Part shown: positions 1-9,531 of the stretch, one piece after another | Layout of the letters: the number at the start of each line of letters is the position of its first letter | Numbering within the stretch: the first letter of the stretch is position 1 | Assembly: GCA_002415345.1 (NCBI GenBank) | Contig: DHXV01000003.1 | Span: 24,213-88,212 of the forward strand | Length of the DNA: 64,000 nucleotides | Origin: Patescibacteria group bacterium UBA5147 | GTDB taxonomy: Bacteria; Patescibacteriota; Saccharimonadia; UBA4664 | Direction: 5' to 3' | The notes under the pieces: generated by a model | The model's database searches: none | What the model was told of the DNA's origin: nothing | The model's input: the letters and a program-made list of their open reading frames with translations, nothing else | Program-made: the position numbers and the translations under genes

Positions 1-164
1 AAGGCGAACTGGAAACGATAGTCGACGGCGTTATTGCTCGCCTCGGTGCTACGGACATGAAACAAATGGGCGCGGTGATTGGTATGGCAATGAAAGAGGT
101 TGGTGCCCGGGCAGAAGGCGGCGCGGTCTCGGCTGTCGTGAAAGCCAAATTGGGGAACTCGTGA
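1..164 (+). CDS. C-terminal fragment of a YqeY/GatB-domain protein (5' end outside window)
   Basis: Frame beginning at nt 3 reads ...GELETIVDGVIARLGATDMKQMGAVIGMAMKEVGARAEGGAVSAVVKAKLGNS*, typical YqeY C-terminus. Stop TGA at 162-164 overlaps the next gene's GTG. Confidence 0.55.
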   Translation, partial: GELETIVDGVIARLGATDMKQMGAVIGMAMKEVGARAEGGAVSAVVKAKLGNS

Positions 165-634
165 GCGCGCCCCTGGAACTTGAGATAGCGGGGGTAGTCC
201 CCGATGAACTGGATACGGCGCCGTTGCGTAAGGTGTTCAGCGCAACGGCTGCCCGCGCTAAAGAGTTGAAATTGCCCGGCGGAACCATCAATGTTACTTT
301 TGTTGATGACGCCGAGATCCAACGGCTTAACCGTGAGTACAGTGGCAACGACTATCCGACTGACGTATTGTCGTTTAATTATCTGGAAACCGGTGAGGCT
401 ATTGAAGGCGTTATCGGCGAAATGGCCATCAGCCTGACGACGGCGGGGCGCCAGGCTAAAGAGGCGGGGATTAGTCTGGGTGAAGAGACCGCCCTCCTGT
501 GTCTGCACGGGGTGCTGCACATCGGGGGTTATGATCACGCGGACGCGGACGGCCGGGAGCAAATGCAGCTGTTGCATCGTTCGTTGATGGAAGAAGCCGG
601 CTTAACTTATAGGGAATTCGAATGGAAAGATTAA
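161..634 (+). CDS. ybeY: YbeY endoribonuclease (rRNA maturation factor)
   Basis: 157 aa. DVLSFNY and HGVLHIGGYDH zinc-binding histidine triad motifs. GTG start overlaps upstream stop. Confidence 0.85.
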   Translation: MSAPLELEIAGVVPDELDTAPLRKVFSATAARAKELKLPGGTINVTFVDDAEIQRLNREYSGNDYPTDVLSFNYLETGEAIEGVIGEMAISLTTAGRQAKEAGISLGEETALLCLHGVLHIGGYDHADADGREQMQLLHRSLMEEAGLTYREFEWKD

Positions 635-984
635 TCACGAGCTTCGGCCACGCCGGACGAGGCGTCCGCTATGTGGTAAAGCATGAGAAAAATGCCCGAA
701 TACATTTAGTGTTCGCTATTGCGGTTTTAGCTCTGGGGCTGATGCTTCGGATAACGTCCGGTGATTTGGCGGCCATCCTGTTAGCTGTCATCATCGTCTT
801 TTTCGCCGAAATCATGAACACGGCTTTTGAGAAAACCCTTGATCTGGTTCAGCCCAACCATCATCCCCAAGTAAAACTGATTAAGGATATGGCGGCGGGG
901 GCAGTAATGGTAAGCGCTACAGCAGCGGTCGTCATCGGCATTGTAATTTTTACACCGTACCTGGTTGGTCTATGGCCTCGTTAA
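622..984 (+). CDS. dgkA: diacylglycerol/undecaprenol kinase
   Basis: 120 aa, three TM segments, ...AEIMNTAFE... DgkA signature. 13-nt overlap with ybeY. Confidence 0.8.
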   Translation: MERLITSFGHAGRGVRYVVKHEKNARIHLVFAIAVLALGLMLRITSGDLAAILLAVIIVFFAEIMNTAFEKTLDLVQPNHHPQVKLIKDMAAGAVMVSATAAVVIGIVIFTPYLVGLWPR

Positions 985-1505
985 TCCTGCTTATGGGTGC
1001 TACGGGGGCCGGGAAGTCCGCCCAGTCGGACCTGCTGGAGTCGGAGCTGGGATGGACCCATATTTCCAGCGGACGACTGCTACGCCAATCTCCGCATTAC
1101 CGCAAACTGTTGGAGACAGGGCAGCTAGCTCCATCGGCCGCCGTCCAATCGCTCGTGGGTCAGGCGCTGGCAAACATCGGTCCGACCGAAACGGTTATTC
1201 TAGATGGATTTCCGCGAACCGTTGACGACATCAAATGGCTTAATTCGTTCATCGCCGAAACCGGCATCGTCCTGGGGGCAGTCGTACTAATGGAAGTCGA
1301 CCGGGAAGTCAGCTTGCGGCGGCTGAGCGGTCGCAGGCGCAGCGACGACACCATCAAAGCGCTGGAGGAGAAGTGGCGGCAGTTTGATACTGAAACCTCA
1401 TTGGTATTGAACCATTATCGTGAACAAGGCAGCTTGGTCACAATCGATGCCAACGGTACTATCCGGCAAGTCCATAACAGAATAAAAAAGGTGCTCAAGA
1501 TATGA
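972..1505 (+). CDS. adk: adenylate kinase, short type without LID insertion
   Basis: P-loop LLMGATGAGKS, ISSGRLLR, ILDGFPRT and RRLSGRR motifs collinear with Adk. Overlaps dgkA by 13 nt and map by 4 nt. Confidence 0.7.
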   Translation: MASLILLMGATGAGKSAQSDLLESELGWTHISSGRLLRQSPHYRKLLETGQLAPSAAVQSLVGQALANIGPTETVILDGFPRTVDDIKWLNSFIAETGIVLGAVVLMEVDREVSLRRLSGRRRSDDTIKALEEKWRQFDTETSLVLNHYREQGSLVTIDANGTIRQVHNRIKKVLKI

Positions 1506-2248
1506 TGAATCAAATAAAATCGCCGGACGAAATTATCGCTATCCGGGAAAGCGGCCACATGTTGGCGGCAGTCTTGCGCTACCTTGAAGCCAAGACCGTA
1601 CCAGGAATAACCACCGGAGAACTTGACCGCCTGGCCGCAGCGGAACTTAAGTCATTGGGCGGTCAGCCGTCCTTCCTGGGCTATGAAGGTTTCCCCGCCG
1701 TCATCTGTATCTCGGTCAACGAAGAAGTGGTCCACGGCATCCCCGGCAAACGTACCCTGCAGATCGGCGACATTGTGGGCCTGGACTTTGGTGTGACTTT
1801 CCAGGGGATGATTACCGACGGCGCGATTACGATTCCGGTGGGTGCGGTATCCAGCGAGGCCAGTCGTCTGATGAGGGCTACCCGTGAGGCCCTGGACCAG
1901 GGAATCGCCGAGGTTAGGGCAGGCGCCCGTCTCGGGGATATCGCCCATGCTATTGAGATGAGGCTGCGGGCTGACAAACTAGGTGTTATCGAAGATTTGA
2001 GTGGCCATGGGGTCGGGCACGAGGTGCATGAGGATCCGTTGGTTCTCAATTACGGACCAGCTGGCCGCGGTATGCGCTTGAAGGCCGGTATGACCATCGC
2101 CATCGAACCGATGGCAACGCTGGGGACTCGTGAGATTGTTCAGGCAGATGACGGGTGGACCATTATGACCGCTGACGGAAGCCTCGGTTCACAACATGAA
2201 CATACCGTCCTGGTATTGCCGGACGGGGCCGAAGTTCTCACCGTTTAG
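1502..2248 (+). CDS. map: methionine aminopeptidase type I
   Basis: 248 aa. FPAVICISVNEEVVHGIP, DIVGLDFG, GHGVGHEVHE metal-ligand motifs. Confidence 0.9.
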   Translation: MMNQIKSPDEIIAIRESGHMLAAVLRYLEAKTVPGITTGELDRLAAAELKSLGGQPSFLGYEGFPAVICISVNEEVVHGIPGKRTLQIGDIVGLDFGVTFQGMITDGAITIPVGAVSSEASRLMRATREALDQGIAEVRAGARLGDIAHAIEMRLRADKLGVIEDLSGHGVGHEVHEDPLVLNYGPAGRGMRLKAGMTIAIEPMATLGTREIVQADDGWTIMTADGSLGSQHEHTVLVLPDGAEVLTV

Positions 2249-2357
2249 AACACCAAAGGTGTTCGATGTCCTTGTTTTCAGATATGGCCTATCCGCGTAT
2301 ACTTACGGTGTACACACCATTTGCGCATTCTAGTACATAAGCACTATAATTAGCTCA

Positions 2358-3614
2358 ATGAAGAAACTGGCACTAAAGATGGCTGCAGGCCCGACAGAAC
2401 AGATTTATATCGGACTCGACGTCGGCAGTACTAAAGTCTGCTGCATTGTCGGTCTCCATGAGGAAGGCTCCGCCAAGCCCAGCGTCATTGGCGTGGGTGT
2501 GGCTCCGACGAGCGGCATGCGCAAAGGCGTGGTCGTGGACGTCGACGAGACAGTGTCTTCGATTACGGCGGCCGTCGATGAGGCTGAACGTATTTCTGGG
2601 ATTGCCATCGACCGCGCAACTATTTCAATCGACGGTGCGCATATCCAAAGCCTTAACTCCAAGGGTGTTATCGCGGTGGGCAGAGCCGACAATGAGATAT
2701 CCATTGATGATCTTATCCGGGTCGAGGAAGCCGCCACGGCAATCCAGCTACCGCCCAACCGTGAAATCCTTCAAGTGTTCCCCCGGAGCTACGCCGTAGA
2801 TTCGCAAAGCAACATCAAAGACCCCGTAGGCATGAACGGTGTGCGACTGGAAGTTGAGAGCCACATCATTACGGGTGCGACGCCGGCCATCAAGAACTTG
2901 GACCGCAGCATTTATCAGGCTGGGATTGAAATCCAAGGCCAGGTGCTCGTGGCCTTGGCAGCCGGCCGGGCGGTGCTGACAAAGCGTCAGAAAGAACTCG
3001 GTGTGGCCGTCATCGATATCGGCGGAGGCACGACGGGTATCGCCGTCTATGAAGAGGGCGACGTACTCTATTCCAGCGTACTTCCGATTGGCGCCGGCCA
3101 TATTACCAACGACCTGGCTATCGGCCTCAAAACCGACATCGACGTCGCCGAAAAGATTAAGCTCAAATATGTTCGGGCCCACACTGCCCGGCTGAATCTG
3201 AATGAAAAAATTCGCATCGAGGAGCTAGATGGTGACGATACCGTCATGACCCGCCGTGATCTCCAGCGGATTGCCGATGCCCGCCTGGAAGAAATTTTCA
3301 GTCTGGTCCGTGGCGAACTTAAGAAAATCGGAAAAGACCATTTGCTGCCAGGCGGCGTGGTCATAACAGGCGGCGGTGCTAAAATGGTCGGTATCGAGGA
3401 ACTCGCCAAGGAACTATTACAGCTGCCAGCCGTCGTCGGCAAGCCCGAGGGTTTTACCGGGATTGTCGACCGGGTAAACGACCCCGCCTTTGCGGCACCG
3501 ATTGGTCTGATGCTCGAAAACATGACGCTTGGCGCCACCCATAGTACCCCAGGCGCCGGAATCGGTCAGACCGTCGATAAGATCAAGGGGATATTTAAGA
3601 ACTTCCTCCCATAG
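2358..3614 (+). CDS. ftsA: cell division protein FtsA
   Basis: 418 aa actin-fold protein. IYIGLDVGSTKVCCIVG N-terminus, DIGGGTTGIAVY, S1C/2B subdomain layout. Confidence 0.9.
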   Translation: MKKLALKMAAGPTEQIYIGLDVGSTKVCCIVGLHEEGSAKPSVIGVGVAPTSGMRKGVVVDVDETVSSITAAVDEAERISGIAIDRATISIDGAHIQSLNSKGVIAVGRADNEISIDDLIRVEEAATAIQLPPNREILQVFPRSYAVDSQSNIKDPVGMNGVRLEVESHIITGATPAIKNLDRSIYQAGIEIQGQVLVALAAGRAVLTKRQKELGVAVIDIGGGTTGIAVYEEGDVLYSSVLPIGAGHITNDLAIGLKTDIDVAEKIKLKYVRAHTARLNLNEKIRIEELDGDDTVMTRRDLQRIADARLEEIFSLVRGELKKIGKDHLLPGGVVITGGGAKMVGIEELAKELLQLPAVVGKPEGFTGIVDRVNDPAFAAPIGLMLENMTLGATHSTPGAGIGQTVDKIKGIFKNFLP

Positions 3615-3641
3615 ATGGCCTATATATCAGTTCAACCGGTT

Positions 3642-3667
3642 CCCGCCTAAACACGGCGGGTTTTTTG
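3642..3667 (+). terminator. rho-independent terminator after ftsA
   Basis: cccgcc-taaacac-ggcggg stem followed by TTTTTTG. Confidence 0.6.
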
Positions 3668-3949
3668 ATTGGAATTTTGGCGGATATTTGGCCGGCAATA
3701 GTTTGACTGTGGAAAACTTTTATGCAGACATTTTGTGTTCAAGCATAAGTATGATGAAATATGGATGCGCAATACATTGCTTGGCATAGGCAAAATAGTT
3801 TGGTTTAGAACAAAATATGTGCACTAAGTTTTTGGCTGAAATATGCCGAATAAAAAAGTTGCATTGTTTTTTATAACAGTCTAGAGTTGACGTTGTACCC
3901 GCTAGTGGTTAACACGGCTTTTGAACTTGGTGGTTAAGGAGTTATATAT

Positions 3950-5401
3950 ATGGCAGAAATAATGCCAGAGGTCGACACGTCGGCCCGGATCAAAGTAATA
4001 GGTGTAGGCGGTGGTGGCGGTTCAGCCATCAACCGAATGATCGATGCAAAAATGCAGGGGGTGGAGTTCGCGGTTATCAATACCGACGCCCAGGCTCTGG
4101 TCCACTCCAAGGCGCCGAGCAAAATTCACATCGGCCGCGAAACGACTCGTGGACTGGGAGCCGGCGCTGATCCGGAGGTTGGTCGTAAAGCCGCCGAAGA
4201 AAGCGAACAGGAAATATACGAAGCTGTAAAAGGTGCCGACATGGTGTTTATCACATTAGGTGAAGGTGGTGGAACCGGTACCGGATCCGCCCCTTATATA
4301 GCGGCCGCAGCACGTGAGGCGGGAGCCCTGGTGGTCGGTATCGTTACCAAACCCTTCACTTTTGAAGGTGAGCGCCGACGCCGCAGCGCTGATGCCGGCA
4401 TCCGGGAGCTTAAAGAAAACGTCGATACGCTGATCACTATTCCCAACGACCGTTTGCTCCAGATGATTGACCGCAAGACCTCGCTCGTGGACGCTTTCGG
4501 TATTGTGGACGAAGTGCTGCAGCAGGGCGTACAAGGAATAAGTAATCTGATTACGATCCACGGGCTGATCAACCTGGACTTCGCCGACGTCAAGGCTATC
4601 ATGAGCAATGCCGGTTCCGCCCTCATGGGTATAGGCCGCGCCAAGGGCGACAACCGGGCGGTGGAAGCTGCCCGTCAGGCTATCGACAGCCCGTTGCTTG
4701 AAACCAGTATCGAAGGTGCGCGCGGCGTACTCTTTAATATCACTGGCGGTCGTAACATGACGATGCATGAAATCGATGAAGCGGCCAAGACGGTCACAGA
4801 TGCCGTGGATCCCGAAGCCAACATTATCTTTGGTGCGGTGCTCGACGATTCCCTGGAGGACGATATCCTTATTACTGTGGTCGCGACCGGCTTCGACAAC
4901 ACGCCCAAGGAAGCTCGAAACGCTTTCCACACCAGCCGCACGGAACACGCCTCCGGAACGCCGGTGGCAGTGTCGACGCCGGAACCGCAGCCTGTTGCAG
5001 AGGCTGAACCGGAGTTTGAGCCGGAGCCTGAGCCGCAACCTATTTTCACCCGAGCGACGGTCGTGCCAACGGAACGCCAGCCGTTCATCAATGAACGTCC
5101 CCAAACCGAGATGGACTCGGACGTGGTACTGCCGGATTTCGAACCGGAGCCACCAGCTCCGCCGCGACGGTTTGCCCCACTGGCATCCATTGAACCCGAT
5201 AACAATGAGACGGCTCACGACAGCAAACAATCACATCACGCAGGCCGCCAATCCCACAGCGCCGTCGATGACGAACCGGTACTTCAGGCATTCGATGATC
5301 CGGAAGACTTTCCGGTTCGTAAGCCCCAGCCTTTAAGCGATTTCGGGATTGAAGAGGACGACTTAGACGTTCCGGCCTTTATCCGTCGCAAAGTCGAGTA
5401 G
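3950..5401 (+). CDS. ftsZ: cell division GTPase FtsZ
   Basis: [14 protein letters not shown] tubulin signature, GGGTGTG T4 loop, long acidic PEPEPE-rich linker and conserved C-terminal peptide [23 protein letters not shown] precedes the ATG. Confidence 0.95.
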   Translation: MAEIMPEVDTSARIKVIGVGGGGGSAINRMIDAKMQGVEFAVINTDAQALVHSKAPSKIHIGRETTRGLGAGADPEVGRKAAEESEQEIYEAVKGADMVFITLGEGGGTGTGSAPYIAAAAREAGALVVGIVTKPFTFEGERRRRSADAGIRELKENVDTLITIPNDRLLQMIDRKTSLVDAFGIVDEVLQQGVQGISNLITIHGLINLDFADVKAIMSNAGSALMGIGRAKGDNRAVEAARQAIDSPLLETSIEGARGVLFNITGGRNMTMHEIDEAAKTVTDAVDPEANIIFGAVLDDSLEDDILITVVATGFDNTPKEARNAFHTSRTEHASGTPVAVSTPEPQPVAEAEPEFEPEPEPQPIFTRATVVPTERQPFINERPQTEMDSDVVLPDFEPEPPAPPRRFAPLASIEPDNNETAHDSKQSHHAGRQSHSAVDDEPVLQAFDDPEDFPVRKPQPLSDFGIEEDDLDVPAFIRRKVE

Positions 5402-5422
5402 AATTGTCCTGCCGAAGAATAG

Positions 5423-5452
5423 AGACCCCCTGATCGGGGTCTTTATTTTTTG
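5423..5452 (+). terminator. rho-independent terminator after ftsZ
   Basis: agaccccc-tgat-cggggtct stem plus TTATTTTTTG. Confidence 0.7.
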
Positions 5453-5588
5453 TGTCGGACCTTTTCTCAAAATAGTGTTGCATTACCAAACGAATGCGCT
5501 ATATGTTGTGTTCCGGCTGTGGATAAAGCCTGAGCCGCCGCACAATTTTTGGCGTTTTTGGCTTGGCTACGGGAGCAAATCAAAACGC

Positions 5589-5619
5589 TTGACGCCTCAT
5601 GCAAGCCTAGCGTTATACT
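5589..5619 (+). promoter_or_regulatory. candidate sigma70-type promoter of nrdR (TTGACG ... TATACT)
   Basis: -35 TTGACG at 5589-5594 and -10 TATACT at 5614-5619. Spacer about 19 nt, so the fit is imperfect. Confidence 0.3.
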
Positions 5620-5630
5620 AGGAACACGAC

Positions 5631-5646
5631 ACACCACATATGGTGG
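5631..5646 (+). promoter_or_regulatory. candidate NrdR box (16-bp palindrome ACACCACATATGGTGG)
   Basis: Near-perfect palindrome resembling the NrdR-box consensus acaCwAtATaTwGtgt. It sits just downstream of the putative -10 and upstream of the nrdR RBS, as expected for autoregulation. Confidence 0.4.
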
Positions 5647-5672
5647 GCCAGCAAAAAAGGAGGGTGGTAAAA

Positions 5673-6131
5673 ATGAAATGTTTCGACTGCGATTACATTG
5701 ACTCGAAAGTAGTTGAATCACGTGACGTTGACGACAGCGCCACCATCCGCCGCCGCCGGCAATGTCTACGCTGCGGGGCACGCTTCACAACTTACGAGCG
5801 GATGGAAATGCCGACGATAGCCGTGATCAAAAAGGACAACCGGCGCGAGTTGTTCAGCCGCAGCAAAGTCGCCTCAGGTATTTATCGCGCAGTTGAAAAA
5901 CGACCGATTGCGATTGCCCAAATCGAGGATCTCATCTCGCAGATCGAGCGCGAAGTCCGAGCCTGCGGTGAGGCCGAGATCGCCAGCACAAAAGTGGGCG
6001 AGATGGTGATGAAGAAGTTAGAAGTCCTGGACGACGTGGCATACGTGCGCTTCGCCAGCGTTTACCGGAGCTTCACCGATGTTGCCAGCTTTGAGGCTGA
6101 ACTTAAGCGCCTCAAGACGCGCATCTTATAA
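5673..6131 (+). CDS. nrdR: transcriptional repressor NrdR (Zn-ribbon + ATP-cone)
   Basis: MKCFDCDY...CLRCGARFTTYER zinc ribbon followed by an ATP-cone. The tracked ORF starts 33 nt earlier inside the palindrome; MKC with RBS AAGGAGGG upstream is the likely start. Confidence 0.85.
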   Translation: MKCFDCDYIDSKVVESRDVDDSATIRRRRQCLRCGARFTTYERMEMPTIAVIKKDNRRELFSRSKVASGIYRAVEKRPIAIAQIEDLISQIEREVRACGEAEIASTKVGEMVMKKLEVLDDVAYVRFASVYRSFTDVASFEAELKRLKTRIL

Positions 6132-6251
6132 CGATAGGCCGGTAATCGGTCCGGGGGTATGGGCAGGTTGTGCCTCCGGACTGGTTCCTTGCGGACCAGA
6201 AACGTATTTTGACAAGTAAGTTCAAATAACGATCAATCGCTTACTGGCTGT

Positions 6252-6315
6252 GGTTGGGCGCGGAAATTGGGGACCCTATGGAGGGTGTAGGGGCCCCGAT
6301 TTCCGCGGTCCAACC
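6252..6315 (+). promoter_or_regulatory. long imperfect hairpin in the nrdJ 5' leader
   Basis: ggttgggcgcggaaat ... atttccgcggtccaacc forms a stem of about 25 bp with a GC-rich internal palindrome (ggggcccc). Function unknown; attenuator or processing site is possible. Confidence 0.35.
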
Positions 6316-6378
6316 AAGTCAACCTGACTCCCCGCGGCAACTAAACACTGCCGCGAGGCAGGGAAGGAAGTGAACACG

Positions 6379-9144
6379 ATGACTTCTGTCATTGAAAAGC
6401 CTGCCTCGACCCCGACCGGTCGACTCAACTTGAGCGTTGCGCGAGAGGTGGTATCGAACTTCTTCGGAAGTGAGGACCGCCTGGAGCCTGCCTTCAAGGG
6501 CAACGCCGAGATCATCTTCATGAAGCGCTTCCCCCGCAAGGGCAGCGACGGCGAACCCGCCGAAACCGCAGCCGATGCGCTGTGGCGGGTGGCCTTGAAC
6601 GTCTCGAGCGTGACGGTCCTGTATGAAAAGGGTGCCGTAGCGCACAAGGCGTCCGAGGTTGGTACCCCGGTGGTGGCAACGGAGCTGGACTTCCCGTTCC
6701 GTACCATCGCCCGGCAGTACAACTGGATGCTCAAGGAAGGTCACAAGCTCAAGAAGTTCGACAAGGTTGTGACCTCAGGCGTCGACGCTTGGCTCTCACA
6801 GGCATCAGCGTACTACGACAACCTCGCGGCGCTCGTCTTCATACCGAACTCGCCCACGTGGACGGGTGCGGGAACGCCGCTGGGACAGCTGGCTGCCTGT
6901 TTCGTTCTCCCTATCGAGGACTCGCTGGTAGCTGGTGACTCCAACATCATGAAGACCCTTCGTGATGCCGTGGCTATCCAGAAGACGGGCGGCGGCAACG
7001 GGTTCTCGTTCGGGCGCCTGCGTCCGGCCAAGACCCGCGTCTCCACCAGCATGGGCGAGGCCACCGGTGTCGTCGGCTTCCTGTCGATGTTCAACGGCGT
7101 CTTCGAGCACATCCGTCAGGGTGGCTCGCGGCGTGGTGCCAACATGGGTGTTTGTCCAGTGTGGCACCCGGATGTCGTCTCTTTCATCAACTCGAAAACC
7201 ATCGAGGGCAAGATTGAGAACTTCAACATCTCGGTGGGCATCACCGGCGCGTTTATGGAAGCGGTTGACGAAGGTTCCGACTGGAACTTCCACTTCCCGG
7301 GGCCCGACGGCCCCATGGTACCGATTGAGTGGAACGGTGAGATGGTCGACAGTGTTCCTGCCAAGGACCTCTACGACCTGATCATTACCAACGCCCACAT
7401 CATCGGCGACCCCGGCGCGCTGTTCCTGGACGAGGCCAACAAGTACAACCCGAACCCCAAGTGGTACGAGTTGGAGTCCACCAACCCCTGCGGCGAGCAG
7501 TGGCTGGGCCCGTACGAGAACTGCTGCCTCGGCTCGATTGCGATCCACCACTTCGTTCGGGCGGACAAGACCTTCGATTGGGAGGCCTTCCGCAAGGTCA
7601 TCGTCGTGTCGACCGAGTTCCTGGATGACGTCGTGGATGCCAACACGTACGTCGAAAGCGTTCCCGAGCTGGAGATTGCCGCCCAAGGCGGTCGCCGTAT
7701 CGGTCTGGGACTCATGGGCGTGGCCGACGCGCTGGTCAAGATGGGCCTGCGCTACGGCAGCGATGACGGTTTGGACTTTGCATCTCAGGTGCAGGAGTTC
7801 AACCGTTATCACACCATGTTGGCGTCCATTGATCGGGCCAAGGCGCGTGGGACGTTCCCGCGTATCGAGGAGTCGATTTACGACCCGACGCTTCTCAAGA
7901 AGCTTGGCCCCGGTGCCGCATACTCAGGTACCAAGGTGGATGGGGTAACCCCCTACATCGGAAACCTGTGGCAGATTCCCGTTGGCGTTTTCGTTCGCAA
8001 CATCGATTTCGGTCGGCCGAAGTCGGATTGGATTCGGGTATGGGATCTTCTTATCGCCCATGGCATCCGCAATTCGGCCCAGAACACTTTTGCCCCCACT
8101 GGCACCATCGCCAGCGTCGCGGGAGTGGAAGGGTACGGTTGCGAGCCGGTTTTTGCCCTGGCGTTCGTTCGGACCATGATGCAAGAGGGTCAGAACATCG
8201 AGTTGCCCTACCTCTCGGATCTCTTCCGCGAGGCCTTGGTCGAATACGGCGTCAGCGAGGACCTGTTCGAGGTCATCGCAAGCAAGGTCAAGGCAAACGG
8301 TGGCTCATGCCAGGGAATCGATGAGGTTCCCGAGTCCATCCGCCATTTCATGGTGGTCACCGCCGACTTGACCTACACGGAGCATGTCCGGATGCAGGCG
8401 GTTTTGCAGGCGTACGTAGACAACTCCATCTCCAAGACCGTCAATCTCCCCAACGGGGCGACGGTGAAGGACGTGGACGACACCTACCGCCTGGCGTTCA
8501 ACCTGCACTGCAAAGGCATCACTGTCTACCGACAGGGTAGCCGGCAGCTGGAAGTTCTCAGCACCAAGGCGGCAACAACCGGTGCGGTCGAGGTCGTGGA
8601 CAGTACCCACTGGCCAATCATTCGGCCTTTGCCAATCCCGGCAGATGCCGAGACCGACGGTATGCCCTCAACGACCTACACCGTGCGCACGCCGTTCGGC
8701 AAGATGCGGGCAACTATCACGGAGCACCCCGAGCACCGGGACCGACCCTTTGACATTGGGGTTGGTATTGGTCGTGGTGGTACCGACGTCAATGCCTTCA
8801 CTGAGGCTATCGGGCGCGTGGTGTCAATTGCTCTCCGGGGAGGTATCGACCCCGGCGAAGTCGCCGACCAGCTTATCGGTATCGGCGGCTCAACTCAGGA
8901 GCTTACACTGCGGCCCGATAAGTCGCAGTCGCTTCCGGATGCACTCGGAAAGCTGCTGCGTCGTCACTATGAGATGTTGCAGGAACGAGCGAGCGGCGAA
9001 ATAGTCACGATTGTGATTCCGGCGCCTGAGAAGACTCCCGACCTGGGTATCTTTTGTCCGGAGTGTTTGCACGCCACCTTTGTTCGGTCAGAGGCATGCA
9101 TGCAGTGCAAGAATCCTGACTGTCTTTACGAACAGTGTAAATAG
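6379..9144 (+). CDS. nrdJ: class II (adenosylcobalamin-dependent) ribonucleotide reductase
   Basis: About 920 aa. NPCGEQWLGPYENCCLGS active-site/thiyl region. C-terminal Cys cluster CPECLHATFVRSEACMQCKNPDC. RBS GGAAGGAAG sits 10 nt before ATG 6379; GTG 6370 is the alternative start. Confidence 0.9.
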   Translation: MTSVIEKPASTPTGRLNLSVAREVVSNFFGSEDRLEPAFKGNAEIIFMKRFPRKGSDGEPAETAADALWRVALNVSSVTVLYEKGAVAHKASEVGTPVVATELDFPFRTIARQYNWMLKEGHKLKKFDKVVTSGVDAWLSQASAYYDNLAALVFIPNSPTWTGAGTPLGQLAACFVLPIEDSLVAGDSNIMKTLRDAVAIQKTGGGNGFSFGRLRPAKTRVSTSMGEATGVVGFLSMFNGVFEHIRQGGSRRGANMGVCPVWHPDVVSFINSKTIEGKIENFNISVGITGAFMEAVDEGSDWNFHFPGPDGPMVPIEWNGEMVDSVPAKDLYDLIITNAHIIGDPGALFLDEANKYNPNPKWYELESTNPCGEQWLGPYENCCLGSIAIHHFVRADKTFDWEAFRKVIVVSTEFLDDVVDANTYVESVPELEIAAQGGRRIGLGLMGVADALVKMGLRYGSDDGLDFASQVQEFNRYHTMLASIDRAKARGTFPRIEESIYDPTLLKKLGPGAAYSGTKVDGVTPYIGNLWQIPVGVFVRNIDFGRPKSDWIRVWDLLIAHGIRNSAQNTFAPTGTIASVAGVEGYGCEPVFALAFVRTMMQEGQNIELPYLSDLFREALVEYGVSEDLFEVIASKVKANGGSCQGIDEVPESIRHFMVVTADLTYTEHVRMQAVLQAYVDNSISKTVNLPNGATVKDVDDTYRLAFNLHCKGITVYRQGSRQLEVLSTKAATTGAVEVVDSTHWPIIRPLPIPADAETDGMPSTTYTVRTPFGKMRATITEHPEHRDRPFDIGVGIGRGGTDVNAFTEAIGRVVSIALRGGIDPGEVADQLIGIGGSTQELTLRPDKSQSLPDALGKLLRRHYEMLQERASGEIVTIVIPAPEKTPDLGIFCPECLHATFVRSEACMQCKNPDCLYEQCK

Positions 9145-9185
9145 ATCATTGAGAGGCGTGGCGTTTGATACCAAGCCTTCCAACA

Positions 9186-9230
9186 GCCGGCTGCAGGGTA
9201 CCTTCGGGTACCTTGCAGCCGGCGCTTTTC
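9186..9230 (+). terminator. strong rho-independent terminator after nrdJ
   Basis: gccggctgcagggtacc-ttcg-ggtaccttgcagccggc (17-bp stem) followed by GCTTTTC. Confidence 0.7.
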
Positions 9231-9267
9231 ATTTCTGGGGCCAGTCTTTTGTTGTATACTTTTTGTA

Positions 9268-9531
9268 ATGACGGTTTATCTTCTTTATAACAAATCGACT
9301 GCGGCTGAACGCAAGATGGCAGACCTTGCCAAGAAGCTTGAGGAAGCCAAAGTCAACTTTGAGCTGGTGGACGCCGATACGGCGCGTGGTATTGCCGTGG
9401 CGACCGATTACGATGTGCTGGCCCGCCCGGCAATTATTCTCACCAGTCATGATGGCGGGGTCCTCGAAGTATGGCCGGAGGAAGACCGGTTTCCATCGGT
9501 TCAGGAATTGGCTTACCGGGACCGCGCCTGA
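9268..9531 (+). CDS. thioredoxin/glutaredoxin-fold protein lacking the CxxC active site (NrdH-like, redox-inactive)
   Basis: 87 aa. VYLLYNKSTAAERK occupies the position where NrdH/glutaredoxins carry CxxC. No cysteine anywhere in the protein. Confidence 0.45.
   Translation: MTVYLLYNKSTAAERKMADLAKKLEEAKVNFELVDADTARGIAVATDYDVLARPAIILTSHDGGVLEVWPEEDRFPSVQELAYRDRA

Noticed and set aside
4256-5230. 324-aa ORF on the minus strand inside ftsZ, and similar antisense ORFs inside nrdJ (6805-7812), LCP (43790-44842), mreB (56029-57048) and the giant repeat gene (25475-27583)
   Set aside because: All are embedded antisense in well-supported genes of a GC-rich sequence. They have no RBS and no recognisable motifs, as expected for open frames opposite high-GC coding DNA.
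5640-5672. nrdR start at ATG 5640
   Set aside because: That ATG lies inside the palindromic NrdR-box candidate, upstream of the AAGGAGGG RBS. MKCFDC at 5673 is the canonical NrdR N-terminus.
6132-6378. Cobalamin riboswitch upstream of the B12-dependent nrdJ
   Set aside because: No B12-box-like element was found and riboswitch control of nrdJ itself is not the usual arrangement. The region is better described as a structured leader of unknown function.
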